Of a DNA stretch of 64,000 nucleotides, positions 35,156 through 45,080 are shown in pieces. A program made the position numbers and the translations under genes. Position 1 is the stretch's first letter. Every line of letters begins with the position of its first letter. The stretch comes from Caecitellus pseudoparvulus. Taxonomy: Eukaryota; Protista; Bigyra: Bicosoecida. The DNA lies in the NCBI GenBank assembly GCA_965644315.1, contig CBFFRQ010000028.1, positions 118,994-182,993 of the forward strand, in the 5' to 3' direction. The notes under the pieces were generated by a model. The model worked only from the letters and a program-made list of their open reading frames with translations, was not told where the DNA came from and made no database searches.

Positions 35156-37408
35156 ATGGCTGCGCCAGCGGCGCAGGCTGCAGCTCTGCAAGCCACTGAG
35201 CTGACACTGTTGCAGGCCCTGGCTGCCATGCGGAAGAAGGCGGTCACACACGACACCTACTGCGACGAGCTGCTGGAACGGTACAGGGAGGTGAAGTTTT
35301 TCCGGGCGCTGCAGCTGTCTGAGTACGAGGGGGCGCACCCAGAGGTGCTGAGCGTTTCCCACCGCGACATTTCGGGAGCCGCCTCCCAGGCCGCCGCAGA
35401 GGCTGCAGCGGCTGCTGCCGCCAAAGCACAGGAGCTGGGCATGCCTGTCAAGACGCCCATTGCGCCTGCGGTGCAGCCGGCGCCTGAGGAGCGCTTTGAC
35501 TACCTGCGCTCTCTCCTCGGCGGCGTGCCCTTTGTCGTGTCCAACAACATTGACGCTGCGCTGCACCAGACGACGGCGGGCAGCAGCGCCCTGGTGGGCC
35601 TCAGCCGCCCCAGTCGCAACGCAGCCATTGTGGAGGGCATGCGGGCAGCAGGAGCCTGGGTCATGGGCAGTGCCAGCACACACAGCCTGAGCCTCGGTGC
35701 CACCGGCACGCTGAGCTTACTGGGCCCTGTCGTGAACCCGTACACTGACTTGGGCATTGCAGGCGGCTCTGCTTCGGGCGTGGCGGCTGCTGTGTCTTCA
35801 CGGTTCGTGCCCTTTGGCCTGGCTGTGGACACGGTGGGGGACGCGCGGGCCCCGGCCGCTCTGTGTGGCGTGGTGGCGTTCCGCCCGACACTGGGCCGGT
35901 ACGCCACGCGAGGCCTGCTGGGCACTGCCAGCACGCTGGATGCGCCCTCCATCGTTGCTCGCTGCGTCAAAGATGTGCGTTTCTTGGACACCCTCCTCAC
36001 AGCCACACGGGAGATTGACTGCCCACAGTACGACCTGCCGGTGCTCAAGCGGGCGCCCGTGGAGGGGGAGGAGGAAGAGGAGGAGGAGGAGGAGGGTGAG
36101 GGAGCGCCGGCCACAGACGAGGAGGAGCTGGAGGCTGCGGCTGCCCGCATCCAGGCGCTCCTGCGCGGCAAGGCAGCCCGTTCACGGGTCGCTGGCATGC
36201 GCGCTGCCGCCCAGCCGGCCGCCGTGGCCGACCCAGAGCAGGAGCAGGCAGCCCTGCGCATCCAGGCCATCGCTCGTGGACGCATTGGTCGCAAGGCGGT
36301 GGCAGACATGGTCAGTGAACGGGAAAGCGCGGCAGCGTCACGCATCCAGGCCCTCCTGCGAGGCCGGGCCACGCGGGCCAGTTTGTCGGTGCCGGCACCT
36401 CCCGCCGGCGCTGGCGCGTCAGAGGGCAAGGAGGGCAAGGAAGAGGCGGGGCCTGGTGCGTCGCTGCCCCTGGCTGGCAAACGCATCGGTGTCCCTTGGG
36501 ACGCGCTGTGGGAGGCCGCAGATGCCACTGTGCGAGCGGCGGCAGAGGAAGCGATTTCCGCACTGCAAGCCGCCGGCGCCACCATCGTGCGGGCGCCGCT
36601 GCCCGAGGTCATGGACGCTGCCGCTCTGGCAGGCACTGCAGCTGCCCCGCCTCCGCCATCGGCGCCACGGGCTGGTCAGCGCAAGGCGCCTCATGGCGCG
36701 CCTGCACGTGCCGCGGGCGGTCGGCGCCTCAAACGTGGGCGCCTCGTGCCGCTGGCCGACGCAGCCTGGAACGCCGCCGACATCATCCGTCAATTCGAGA
36801 CGCCGCGTGAGTTGAGCATGTATTTGTCCAGGTCTGGCCTGGACGCCCGCGGCATGACGGTGGAAGGCGTCGTGGCTGGCGCCCTAGCCAGCGACGTGGA
36901 GAAGGAGGGCCTCCTGGCGCAGCTGGACCCCGCCAGCGCCCTGGACCCTGAGACGTACCGCCTGGCGCTGCTGGGCACACGGGAGGCCGTCAGCGCTGCC
37001 CTGCGCGACTACTTCGCTCAGCACGCCCTCACCGCGCTGCTACACCCCACCACTGGCGTGCCGGCCAGCATGGCCCGGGGAGCAGAGGACTCCCTCGTGC
37101 TCTGCAACGGGCAGCTGGTGGCTGCCAGCAAGGCCCTGCTGGGCACCACCTGCATCGCCGCCCTCATGGGCGCGCCTGCAATCACCCTGCCCGTCGGCAC
37201 CGTGAAGCCACGCCCAGACGTGAAACCGGGCAACCCGGGCTCCGAGCGCGTGCCAGTGGGAGTCCAGCTCATGGCGCTGCCAGGGCAGGATGAGGCGCTG
37301 CTGGGAGTGGCGCTGCAGCTACAGGCCCACCTGACCCCCCTCGTGGACCCCATCGTCCTGCGCCGGTGGAAACTGGGCGTGCACAAGCCTAGCAAGCGCC
37401 TGGAGTGA
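35156..37408 (+). CDS. amidase-signature family protein, probably inactive, with three IQ motifs
   Basis: Amidase segments GVPFVVSNNID, TTAGS, NPY, GGSASGVAAAV, DTVGDARAPAALCGVVAFRPTLGRY, PAITLPVG and PVGVQL. IQ motifs IQALLRGKAAR, IQAIARGRIGR and IQALLRGRATR. Confidence 0.85.
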   Translation: MAAPAAQAAALQATELTLLQALAAMRKKAVTHDTYCDELLERYREVKFFRALQLSEYEGAHPEVLSVSHRDISGAASQAAAEAAAAAAAKAQELGMPVKTPIAPAVQPAPEERFDYLRSLLGGVPFVVSNNIDAALHQTTAGSSALVGLSRPSRNAAIVEGMRAAGAWVMGSASTHSLSLGATGTLSLLGPVVNPYTDLGIAGGSASGVAAAVSSRFVPFGLAVDTVGDARAPAALCGVVAFRPTLGRYATRGLLGTASTLDAPSIVARCVKDVRFLDTLLTATREIDCPQYDLPVLKRAPVEGEEEEEEEEEGEGAPATDEEELEAAAARIQALLRGKAARSRVAGMRAAAQPAAVADPEQEQAALRIQAIARGRIGRKAVADMVSERESAAASRIQALLRGRATRASLSVPAPPAGAGASEGKEGKEEAGPGASLPLAGKRIGVPWDALWEAADATVRAAAEEAISALQAAGATIVRAPLPEVMDAAALAGTAAAPPPPSAPRAGQRKAPHGAPARAAGGRRLKRGRLVPLADAAWNAADIIRQFETPRELSMYLSRSGLDARGMTVEGVVAGALASDVEKEGLLAQLDPASALDPETYRLALLGTREAVSAALRDYFAQHALTALLHPTTGVPASMARGAEDSLVLCNGQLVAASKALLGTTCIAALMGAPAITLPVGTVKPRPDVKPGNPGSERVPVGVQLMALPGQDEALLGVALQLQAHLTPLVDPIVLRRWKLGVHKPSKRLE

Positions 37409-37455
37409 CGGGAGCAATGCAAGCTGGACAGCGCAGAGCACGCCCCACCTCTCGC

Positions 37456-39441
37456 CTAGTGTGACAGGGGGGCAAACGGGTCCTGGTCGCCCATGCCGAC
37501 TCGGCCTCGCACGTACTTGCGGGGAGCTGGCGCAGGCGCGACGGGTGGGGGGGGGGCGCCGGAGGCCTGCCGAGCTTTCTTGAAGGCGGAGAACAGCGTG
37601 CCTTTCTGTGCCTCCACTGCCCGTGTGCGTTTGCTGCCGCCTGCACTGCTTCTGTGGGGCGCCTTCTTGGCCTGCCGCTTGCGGTGTGTGGCTCGAGGGG
37701 CTGGGGCTGGGGCTGGGGCGCGGGGCGTGAAGTCCGCCGCGTGTGCGCCGGACAGGCCCCGAAGGGAGTCCACACCTCGAGAGGAGCGGGGGGCGTCTGT
37801 CACGACGGGGATGGACGCAGCCACGCCTGCGAGCCAGGACTCGTCGCCGTCGCCGGCGGGGCTGCCGCTGCGAGCTGGCGCTCGTGGCGGCGGCGTCGGC
37901 GGCGACAGCACTGCGCCTCGCAAGGCGGCTGACAGGGCCTTTGCTCGCGCGCTTTGACGCTCCAGCGCGCCTCCACCAGTCAGAGACGCTGCTGCGTTGG
38001 GTTTCTTGCCTGAGCTGGCAGGCTGCAGCGCTGCCAGGCGGCTGAGCGGCACGACATTGCGCGGTGCAGGGCTGTGCACGGGGGATGGCGGCGGGTGAGG
38101 TGACACCACCTGCACAGAGGCAGGGGAGGACGGTGTCGGCGTCCACGTGCTCGATGCAGGGGGTGGGGAAGCGGGTGGCGGCACGGCAGTGGAGGCAGGG
38201 GCAACATCCCCCGCGGCGCCAAAAGCCCGCCGCCCACGCTTGCCCACGCGTTGCCGGCGGGGAGCTGCAGGAAGGGGGGCACTGGCCTCCTCCTCCTCCG
38301 TATCACTTTCATGTGGTGCTCCAGTGGGGCCACCCGTGATGCCGTTCGCTGCAAGCAGGCTGCCCTGGCTCTGCACCTGCGCAGACAACGCAGCAACGCG
38401 CTCTTGCAACGCCGCCACGCGCCCCTCGGCAGCAGAAGCCGCCTGGCGTGCAGAGGCGGCGTCAGCTTTGAGCCCCTTAACGTTGTGGTTCAGGGACCTG
38501 GCTGTCTTCTCTGCCGCCGCCAGCTGCGTGTGGCTCAGCTGCAGCGCTTCGTGCTGCCGGGCAACAAACGCCAACGCAACCTTGGCTCGCCGGTCAGCGT
38601 CCCGCACTTTCCCAACTGCCTGCTTCGCGGCAGCGAGCGCCTGGGGGGTGAGGTTGCTGAGATAGTTCGCAATGGAGCCTGACAGGCGCATGGCCGTCAT
38701 TTCTTTCTGCATCTGTGCCATGGAGCGTTTGGCCGAGGCGAGGTCAGCTGCCGCGTGGGCCTCGCGTTTCTCAACACGGCGCAGGTCAGCCTCCATGGCC
38801 TGCAACGCCTGCACCGCGGAGCTGCTGGCCACGGATGCATCAAGCAAGTCTTGTTTCACGCGTTCGTGCTCGCCTTGCAGCGCCATGTGCTCCTCGCGCC
38901 ACCTGGCGGCGGCTGCTTTGTACGCCGCGGCGCTGGCCTGTGCCTCGGCCAGCGCTGCTGTGGCCCCTTCCAGCGACGTGACGTCGTGTGCACTGGAGGG
39001 CGCCTCCTCGTCGCAGTCTCCACTGGAAAAGTGCAGCGGGATGGGTCCCAGAGCTGCGCGAGAAGGGAGGGGGGCTGTCAAATCAGGCGCAGTGCACCAC
39101 AACGGCAGCGCCTGCGCCACACACCTGCAGTCCGACTGGATGCAGGGCACCGTACAGAGTGATGCGTCGCTCGGCACAGCGGGCATGAACCGTGGCTGTC
39201 CACCCATGGCTTGATGCTGCGTCGCGCGGGTGACGCGGGATCGGTGGGGATGCCAAGCTGTGGCACGGCAGCTTGCGCAGGCGATCTGGGGCGGTACAGG
39301 CGCGACTGGGACGCACCATCCCTCACAAAACACGTGGCCACAGCGAAGAGCTGCTAATGGGACAGGTTCTTGCACACCAGCAGTGGCCAGCAGCGGGCGA
39401 AGGCAGATGGTGCACACGTTCTGGTGCTTGGCGTTGGCCAT
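37456..39441 (-). CDS. RING finger plus coiled-coil protein (TRAIP-like architecture); introns 39217-39316 and 39054-39124
   Basis: Spliced RING: CTIC...[23 protein letters not shown], followed by a coiled coil, a disordered region and a PIP-like QKGTLFSAF. Confidence 0.75.
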   Translation of the reverse strand: [661 protein letters not shown]

Positions 39442-39584
39442 GGCGCAACGCCGATGAAACGCCGGTCACTTGCCTTCACACGACACATCCCCCACGCCAC
39501 CCAGCACAACGCTGCACGTGTAAGTGACACGGCACATGAAGTGTGTGAGGATTTCCGCCGTGGTTTCGTTTTGACCCTGCCGCC

Positions 39585-42497
39585 ATGCCAGCCTGCACGG
39601 TGCCGTTGACTGCCACGGCAGCCGAGGTTGCCCAGGCCCTCGTCGCGTCACGCAGCAAGGCAGCAGGCGTCGTGGACAGCGATGGGCGCCTCGTCGGGCT
39701 GGTTTCTGTGCGGGACATCATCAAGCGGGTGGTGTACCCCGGGAAGCGTGTGGCAGAGTGCCAGGTGTCTGAGTTTGGCACGATGCACCCGCGCACCATG
39801 ACGTTGGCCGAAGCCCGCGACAGGACGGCAGCCTTGACCCTCATGGCTCAGCACGGCTTTCGACATGTGCCAGTCGTGAACGATGACGGGTCCCTCTCAC
39901 ACATGCTGGATGTTCTCAGCGTCACACAAGAGGTCATGGGCGGACTGGGCTCCGATGACGAGGAGGAGACTGTGTGTGCGCAGCCGTTATCAAACTCCGC
40001 ACCTCGCTCGCCCGCCCACGCCCCTGCCTCCCCTCCCCCCGCACAGGACATCGGCGAGGCGTTTGCAGCGAAACTGGCCGAGTTGCAGTCCAAGGTCTCC
40101 TCGTTCTTCTCCCTCTTCAGCCCTGCAGGCACAGCGGCGGCTATCCCTGAAGCAACTGCACATGCTGAGCAACACACGGCACACGGCTCTGCCTCTGACG
40201 GCGCCAGTCCCATCACTGCAGCCATCGCATCCAGGGCCTCCATGCGCCTGCACAGTGGCTGGTCTGGCGAGTATGAACCACTGTTGCCTGCGACGGCGAC
40301 GCTGTACGCAGCCCAGGCCTTCCTCGTGGAGCGCAACGTCAGCGTGGCGTGCGTTGCAGGAGTCAACAACGACGCCGAGCTGGGGGGCGTGCTCACTGAG
40401 GGCGACATCGTCAAGGCCATCGCCCGGCTGGGGGATGGGGACGAGTTCCTGCAGCGCTCTGCCCTGGCGCACATGACCCCAGCCAGCATGGTGAGCACCA
40501 TCCCCACCCACACCAGCGTGGGGTCCGCCCTGCACCTCATGCTGCGGGGCAACTTCCGCCACCTGCCCATGCTGGACGAGGACTCGGGCCGGGTCATGAT
40601 GACGGTGAATGTCCTGCACCTGTCTCGGCAGCTGCTGGGCGTGGCCATTGCCCTGCCCGTCGCAGGCGCCGACAGCGACGACATCGAGGTGGAGTCGGTG
40701 TGCGTGGAGGAGGAGGAGGGGCTGGCGTCCGCCCCCTTCGCCTCCCCCTCGCGCCTGATGTCTCCCGGCCCCCACAGCGCCCCGGAGGCGCCCACGCCTG
40801 GCCCCGCCACGCCAGCGCCCTTCACACCCGCTGCGCCACCTGCCGCTAGCGTGAGCAACACCAGCGCCACAGGCCTCACAGCCATGGACGTCACCCTGGC
40901 ACCCGCCTTCCACCGCCGCCTGTCCTCCACCCTGGCCCTGCACGCCGTCGCCAACGGCCACCGAGCGGCTGCCGCCCACTCCGCTGTCGTCGCCACGGAG
41001 CGCAAGGTGCTGCGCAACTTGGCTCGCCTGCAGGCGGCGGCGGAGCGAGCAGCAGATGGCGCAGCGGCAGACGCCAACGCCGCCCTGGCGTGCCTCGCCC
41101 TCGTGTCCACCCGTGTCCGGGCGCTGCAGCTCATGGGGCATGCCTGGAAGATGCTGGGTGTGACGGGGGACGACGGCGCCGTGGCGGCTGCAGGCGTGCC
41201 CGGTGTCTCCTCGGCAGCTGACGCGCTGTCCAGAGCGCGAGACTGCACGGGTGATGCGCTGGAGGCGCTGCAAGTGTACAACGACTGGCGCCAGCGGGCG
41301 GTGCATGCAGGCGCAGGTGTGACTCCTGGCGACACCCTGACACTTGTGTGTGCCGAGGAGGGGTGTGGCGGCAGCCCAGCACATCCTGCCGCAGCCGGCA
41401 CCAGCACCATCACCGCCGAAGGGGGGGGACTGCGGGTGACTCTCATCGCAGAACACGTGGACGTGTTCCTGCGCCTCATGCGCGCAGAGTTGTGCGTCTT
41501 CACAGGCGACTACGCCAATGTGACCGCCTTGGTGCTTGCTGCGTTGCCGGTGGTGGAATCACAGCTGCCCACACATGCCACCCGCACAGCAGCCGTGTCT
41601 CGGGGGCATGCTCGGCAGTACATCGGCAGCATCCTCACAGACCTGGTGGCAGAGGCAGGGGATGCATGTGAGCTGGCGTCCGAGGCAGTGGCGGGGTCCG
41701 CTGTGGCAGTGCCCAGTGTGGCGTGCCAGCACCTGGCGCCACCCACCGGCGCCATGCACCCCATGGCCCCCCACTTCCAAGCCCCCGCTGCCGCCTCCTT
41801 GGCCCAGCGAGCCGTGGCTAGTGTCAGGGCGGCCCACGCCATCGCGCACCAGTGTGAGTGGCTGCAGGAGGGGCCCATCGCCGCCCGAGCCGCCGCCCTG
41901 CGTGCGCCAGACGTGGCCCTGGAGCAAGCTGCCTGGGCGGCCCTGCGAGCCTGGGCCGAGCGCCAGACGTCGAGTGGCGTGGCTGCTGCCCTTGCTGACG
42001 CCTGTGCCTTGGCAGGGGAGGCACTGCCGGCGTGGGGCGGCTCCCAGCAGCCCTGCTGCTTCACGGCCTGGAGGTTCATGCACCACGCCGCTGCGCTGCG
42101 TGGAAGCTGTCCCCGCGCCTTGGCGGGCAGTGCCTGTGCGGCAGCCGCTCTGTCCCAGGCTGCTAGCGGCAGCCCTGCCGTGGCGGCGGCGTGGCGTGCC
42201 AGGGCGCTGGTGTCTGCAGGGGGCGCCCTGCACGCTGCAGCCATGGCTGCCGGCGGGCTGCATGGCGCTGCGCAGGGTGACGCTCGTGAGGCGGCGGCGT
42301 GGACCGGCCCTCTGGAGCGCCTCACTCTGGCCCTGGCGGAGGCCAGCGCGGCAGGGCTGGCGGGGGAGACGCAGGAGCGGGCACCGCTTGCAGCCAGCGC
42401 TGTGGAGAACACGCCAGGCGCCTCCCCCGCCAAGACCGGCGCGCAGAGCGAGCTGGATGAGCTGGCCGCTCTGCTTGCTGCCCACGGGGACGCGTAG
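39585..42497 (+). CDS. protein with two CBS pairs and an Ala-rich helical C-terminal half
   Basis: CBS segments LVGLVSVRDIIKRVV, LMAQHGFRHVPVV, GGVLTEGDIV and LMLRGNFRHLPML. Confidence 0.8.
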   Translation: MPACTVPLTATAAEVAQALVASRSKAAGVVDSDGRLVGLVSVRDIIKRVVYPGKRVAECQVSEFGTMHPRTMTLAEARDRTAALTLMAQHGFRHVPVVNDDGSLSHMLDVLSVTQEVMGGLGSDDEEETVCAQPLSNSAPRSPAHAPASPPPAQDIGEAFAAKLAELQSKVSSFFSLFSPAGTAAAIPEATAHAEQHTAHGSASDGASPITAAIASRASMRLHSGWSGEYEPLLPATATLYAAQAFLVERNVSVACVAGVNNDAELGGVLTEGDIVKAIARLGDGDEFLQRSALAHMTPASMVSTIPTHTSVGSALHLMLRGNFRHLPMLDEDSGRVMMTVNVLHLSRQLLGVAIALPVAGADSDDIEVESVCVEEEEGLASAPFASPSRLMSPGPHSAPEAPTPGPATPAPFTPAAPPAASVSNTSATGLTAMDVTLAPAFHRRLSSTLALHAVANGHRAAAAHSAVVATERKVLRNLARLQAAAERAADGAAADANAALACLALVSTRVRALQLMGHAWKMLGVTGDDGAVAAAGVPGVSSAADALSRARDCTGDALEALQVYNDWRQRAVHAGAGVTPGDTLTLVCAEEGCGGSPAHPAAAGTSTITAEGGGLRVTLIAEHVDVFLRLMRAELCVFTGDYANVTALVLAALPVVESQLPTHATRTAAVSRGHARQYIGSILTDLVAEAGDACELASEAVAGSAVAVPSVACQHLAPPTGAMHPMAPHFQAPAAASLAQRAVASVRAAHAIAHQCEWLQEGPIAARAAALRAPDVALEQAAWAALRAWAERQTSSGVAAALADACALAGEALPAWGGSQQPCCFTAWRFMHHAAALRGSCPRALAGSACAAAALSQAASGSPAVAAAWRARALVSAGGALHAAAMAAGGLHGAAQGDAREAAAWTGPLERLTLALAEASAAGLAGETQERAPLAASAVENTPGASPAKTGAQSELDELAALLAAHGDA

Positions 42498-42762
42498 TGG
42501 CTGCCAACATGCGTCCACGCCTGGCCTGAACAGCACACACCAGGACACAGTGCCGCGTGCCAACAAATTCATTCGCGTGTTTGCACTCTGTGTAACAGAG
42601 TGTCTGTGTTTGGCGAACTGCAGCCACGCTGGCGCTCCTTCGCCGCTTCTCGCAGCAGATTCGTTGCGTGGTGAGGGTGGCAGGTGCAGTGCAGTGCACC
42701 TCTGTGCAGGCTTCGGACAGGGCCTGCTTTGGTGGGAGTGAAAGCCTTCTAGCAATTGAAGC

Positions 42763-44872
42763 ATGACGGGCACGTCAGGGGATTCCCCCATGGGAATTTT
42801 CAAGGTGCGTCTCAGCCCAGCGCCCCTGCCAGTGTTGCGTGGCAAGACTTCCTTTGCTGGCAGCTGCGTTTGAACGCGGATTTCCGCAAGCCGCCACGCT
42901 CCCGCCCTGGCCCCCCTGCCCATTGCAGGTGTTCGTGTCGGGCGTCGGATTCCTGTCGGACGCATACGTCCTCTTCGTCATTAACCTGGTGAAGAATGTC
43001 CTGCACTCCCTGTACGCGGAGCATGAGTTCGAAGGGGCGCAATCCGGCGTCGGCGTGGCCGCGCTGGCGGGGGCCGTGCTGGGGCAAGTGGTGTTTGGCG
43101 CGCTGGCTGACCGCCTGGGTCGCCGCGTCATCTTCGTCTGCACCATTTCCTTCGTCTGCCTGGGCAGCATCGGCAGCGCCTTTTGCTTCCAGTCTGACCA
43201 CTTGAACCTTTTCACGCAGCTCATTTTCTGGCAGGTGTGTAGCGGCCTCCGCCCTCCCGGGCACTCTGCCAGCCCCAGCGCACGCCGCCCTGCCCCCTCC
43301 CCTGCACAGTTCCTCCTGGGCGTGGGCATTGGCGGCGAGTACCCCTTGTCAGCCACCGTCACGAGCGAGGGCAGCGAAGGCGCCAACCGGGGCCGGAACG
43401 TCAGCAGTGTCTTCGCCATGCAGGGCGTGGGCAATGTCCTCTCCTCCCTGGTCATGTACGTCCTGCTGGTGTCCCCCCTGAAGCTGGACCTGGTGTGGCG
43501 CTTCGCCCTGGGCTTCGGTGCAGTGCCTGGCCTCTCCACCGTGTACTTCCGCTGGCAGATGGGCGAGAGCAAGCACTTCGCCAAGATGCAGAAAGTGGAT
43601 GACCGCATCGCCCACCACGAGGCGGATGCAGAGGGGCAGCGCCTGCTCAAGGGGCCCTCCGGCGCCGGCCCCAGCAGTGGTGCCTCTGTCGTCGGCGGCA
43701 TGCCCACCCTGCCGGAGGACCAGCAGCGCATCCCCGGCGGCGTACCAGGGGCGTCACGGGGCACGTACGGTGGCGCAGATGTGGAGAATGTGTACCGTGC
43801 AGAGGGCGGCAGTGCGACGCCAGGTAGCGTCGTGCGAGCCATCGGGCGTGTGGAGCACCGTCCCCCTTCGGTCGTGCGCAAGGGAGCCCCCGCCCACCAC
43901 CATGCCACCGGCTTCATGCGCATGCTGCAGGTCATTTACGAATTCCGCTGGGTGCTCATGGGCACAGCCGGCAGCTGGCTCATCTTCGACATCACCTTCT
44001 ACGCCAACGGGCTGTTCTCTGGCACCATCCTGGAGAGCATCGGCATTGCCGGCAAGGCGGACGCTGACCACTTGACCCAGCACGACCTCGCAGCCATCGC
44101 CCTCACCAACATCATCATCACCTGCATCGGCCTGCCGGGCTACATCACGGCAGTGCTCTGCATCGACCGCATCGGGCGCCGCAACCTGCAGCTGCTGGGG
44201 TTCACGGCAGTGGCGGTCGTGTTCGTGCTCATGGGTGCGTTCCTGACCCCCCTGGAGGGGCACTCCCTCACCTGGCTCTTCGTGGCACTGTACGGTCTGA
44301 CGTTCTTCTTCGCGAACTTCGGGCCCAACACCACCACCTTCGTCATCCCCTCCGAGAGCTTCCCCACCCGAGCCCGTGCCACCTGCCACGGGCTCAGCGC
44401 CGCGTCAGGCAAGATGGGCGCTGTGATTGGTGGCGCCACCCTGCACCCCCTGATGGAGACGTACGGCTCCACCCCCGACCAGCAGCGGGAGGGCCTGCGC
44501 CTGGTGCTCTTCGTGTGTGCGGCAGTGAGCCTGGCCGGGACGGTGTGGACGTTCTTCTTCACCAAGGACATGGGCAGCGCCAACCTGGCCGAGCTGGACA
44601 AGGCCGGCGCCGCCGATGATGCAGAGGAGCGGGAAGCGTACGACGCCGTCGTCACGCCGGGCGGCTTCAGTATCCCGGAGCTCTCTGCCGCCGACTCTGT
44701 CCTGTCCGAGGATGGCGGCGAGGTCGGTGCGGGCAGCCGCCGCTTCGGCAGCAAGCCCGCCAGCAGCGTCAACACGCCCGAGGGCAAGGTGCCCCTGCTG
44801 GCGGGATCGCCCCAGCACGCTCCCCAGAGCTCCTCCCTCGTCGGAAGCTCCAGTGCCGCATCCCTGCCTTGA
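42763..44872 (+). CDS. MFS inorganic phosphate:H+ symporter (PHO84/PHT1 family); introns 42805-42928 and 43235-43309
   Basis: Motifs SGVGFLSDAY, GQVVFGALADRLGRR, GVGIGGEYPLSA, VFAMQG, DITFY, FFANFGPNTTTFVIPSE and CHGLSAASGK. Confidence 0.93.
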
Positions 44873-45080
44873 CGGCATGCACAGCACTGCGTCGTTTGAG
44901 GGGTCGGCTCGGTCCACAGCCGTGCTAGCGGGGCCAGCCTACCGCAGAGCTGCACAGGGAGCAAATCACCACAGAGCGACTGCCTGGCCACGTCCAAGTC
45001 TTAGACGCATCCGCTTTTGCCCTTCGTCCGGCCCCTTCAATCCAAGCCAGTTGGCAAAGTGCGCCAGCTTGCAGTGCGAC

